DNA from: an uncultured Planctomycetaceae bacterium
GTDB lineage: Bacteria; Planctomycetota; Planctomycetia; Pirellulales; PALSA-1355
DNA length: 64,000 bases
Assembly (NCBI GenBank): GCA_963785305.1
Contig: CAWAUV010000007.1
Span: 512,001 to 576,000 of the forward strand
Direction of reading: 5' to 3'
In this document: in pieces, positions 63,184 through 64,000 of the stretch
Layout: the number at the start of each line of letters is the position of its first letter
Position numbering within the stretch: position 1 is the stretch's first letter
Program-made: the position numbers and the translations under genes
The notes under the pieces: generated by a model
Database searches by the model: none
What the model saw: the letters and a program-made list of their open reading frames with translations, nothing else
Told to the model about the DNA's origin: nothing

Positions 63184-64000
63184 TTATTCGTCGGCGTAGA
63201 CTCGCGTGCTTTCTTCCTTCGTGATCGGGGCGCGGACTTCGTCGCTCACCACTTGCACGCGCACTCGGCAGTCGCCGGCCCGCAGGGCCTGGGCCTTGAT
63301 CGCGTACACGACATCGGCCTTGGGGCCCAGTTGGTCCAGCGGCTCGAAGAGCACTCGCTGGCCATCAATGCCATACTTCACAGGACCATCGGCGCCGAGC
63401 GGACGCATTTCCGGCGGCAGCAGGGCGACGACGCGCACATGGTTCGCCGCTTTCGAGCCCTGATTCACTACCCGCACTTCGTAGGTTGTCTGGCCGTTCA
63501 ACTCCACCGGGTCGTTTTTGTCGATCAGTTCGAACATGATCGCGGCCAAGCCATCGACCACGACCGACTCTTCGACCGCGTCGGCGAGCCCCTGTTTGGC
63601 TTGCCCGCGCACTTGCACCTTGAGCTCGCCGGGCTGCTGCGGCACGGCGGTGAGCGATACCTTGCCGGTTTCTTGCGGGGGCAATTCCTCGAGACTCCAA
63701 TACACGGTATTCGTCACCGGGTCGAAGTGGCCGAGGTTATTCGCCTCGACGAATTTCATGCCGCTGGGCAACGTCGCGGCCAGCTCGATATCATGGGCCG
63801 GCGCCGTGCCGGGATTCGACACCGAGACCGTAAACGTGGCGCTGCGTTCAAGGTATCGCCGCTTCGGACCGGTCACGCCTACTTTCAAGCCGGGCGCGAG
63901 CACCTCGAATTCGGCGCGAGTTTCGGCATGCACGTTGTTGTCGGCGTTGGCCGAGAGCACATTGACCACGTGGCCGGCCTGCTGGGCGCCGAGCGTCAGT
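63184..64000 (-). CDS. DUF11 (Ig-like repeat) protein, 3' part; runs in from the right edge
   Basis: Repeated TFTVSVSNPGTAPA / YEVRVVNQGSKAA units, LPSGMKFVEA, DPVEL, KEESTRVY. Confidence 0.85.
   Translation of the reverse strand, partial: LTLGAQQAGHVVNVLSANADNNVHAETRAEFEVLAPGLKVGVTGPKRRYLERSATFTVSVSNPGTAPAHDIELAATLPSGMKFVEANNLGHFDPVTNTVYWSLEELPPQETGKVSLTAVPQQPGELKVQVRGQAKQGLADAVEESVVVDGLAAIMFELIDKNDPVELNGQTTYEVRVVNQGSKAANHVRVVALLPPEMRPLGADGPVKYGIDGQRVLFEPLDQLGPKADVVYAIKAQALRAGDCRVRVQVVSDEVRAPITKEESTRVYADE

Noticed and set aside
62957..63199. 80 aa ORF MGFEPTTP...
   Set aside because: Antisense reading of the tRNA gene

Overview
High-GC bacterial chromosomal window. Gene content points strongly to Planctomycetota, probably Pirellulales-like: a Planc_extracel/dockerin protein, N-terminal FDxYxxWLGI domains, a DUF11 protein, QW-barrel proteins and separate coaB and coaC. 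It is mostly housekeeping and envelope genes: fdhA, an RND pump, pirin, a sugar ABC pair, an ECF sigma locus, tpiA-secG-yicC-gmk-rpoZ-coaC-coaB, guaB, two TPR/Wza-like loci, exbD, two tatA, a sigma-54 activator, a TolC-family lipoprotein, a WYL regulator, tmk and tRNA-Ser(CGA). Many genes, essential ones included, carry single-base frameshifts, which most likely reflect long-read indel errors, so coordinates for those genes are joined across frames and approximate. The most interesting structures are: (1) a ~2.5 kb decayed integrative element at the tRNA-Ser 3' end, bounded by ~90 bp degenerate direct repeats and carrying a shattered tyrosine recombinase plus an intact two-protease cargo (trypsin-like, and a stand-alone HExxH M41-like peptidase with a Q/N-rich leader); (2) an ExbD-adjacent protein with a TonB/TolA-like SxxxH anchor, a Pro/Ala linker and a prenyltransferase-like barrel; (3) a three-copy ~80 bp MITE with IS5-like ends and TNA target duplications; (4) a ~120 aa Ser/Thr/Gly insertion in the RND docking domain. 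No CRISPR array or rRNA was seen. All family assignments come from motif recognition by eye; no database search was run.
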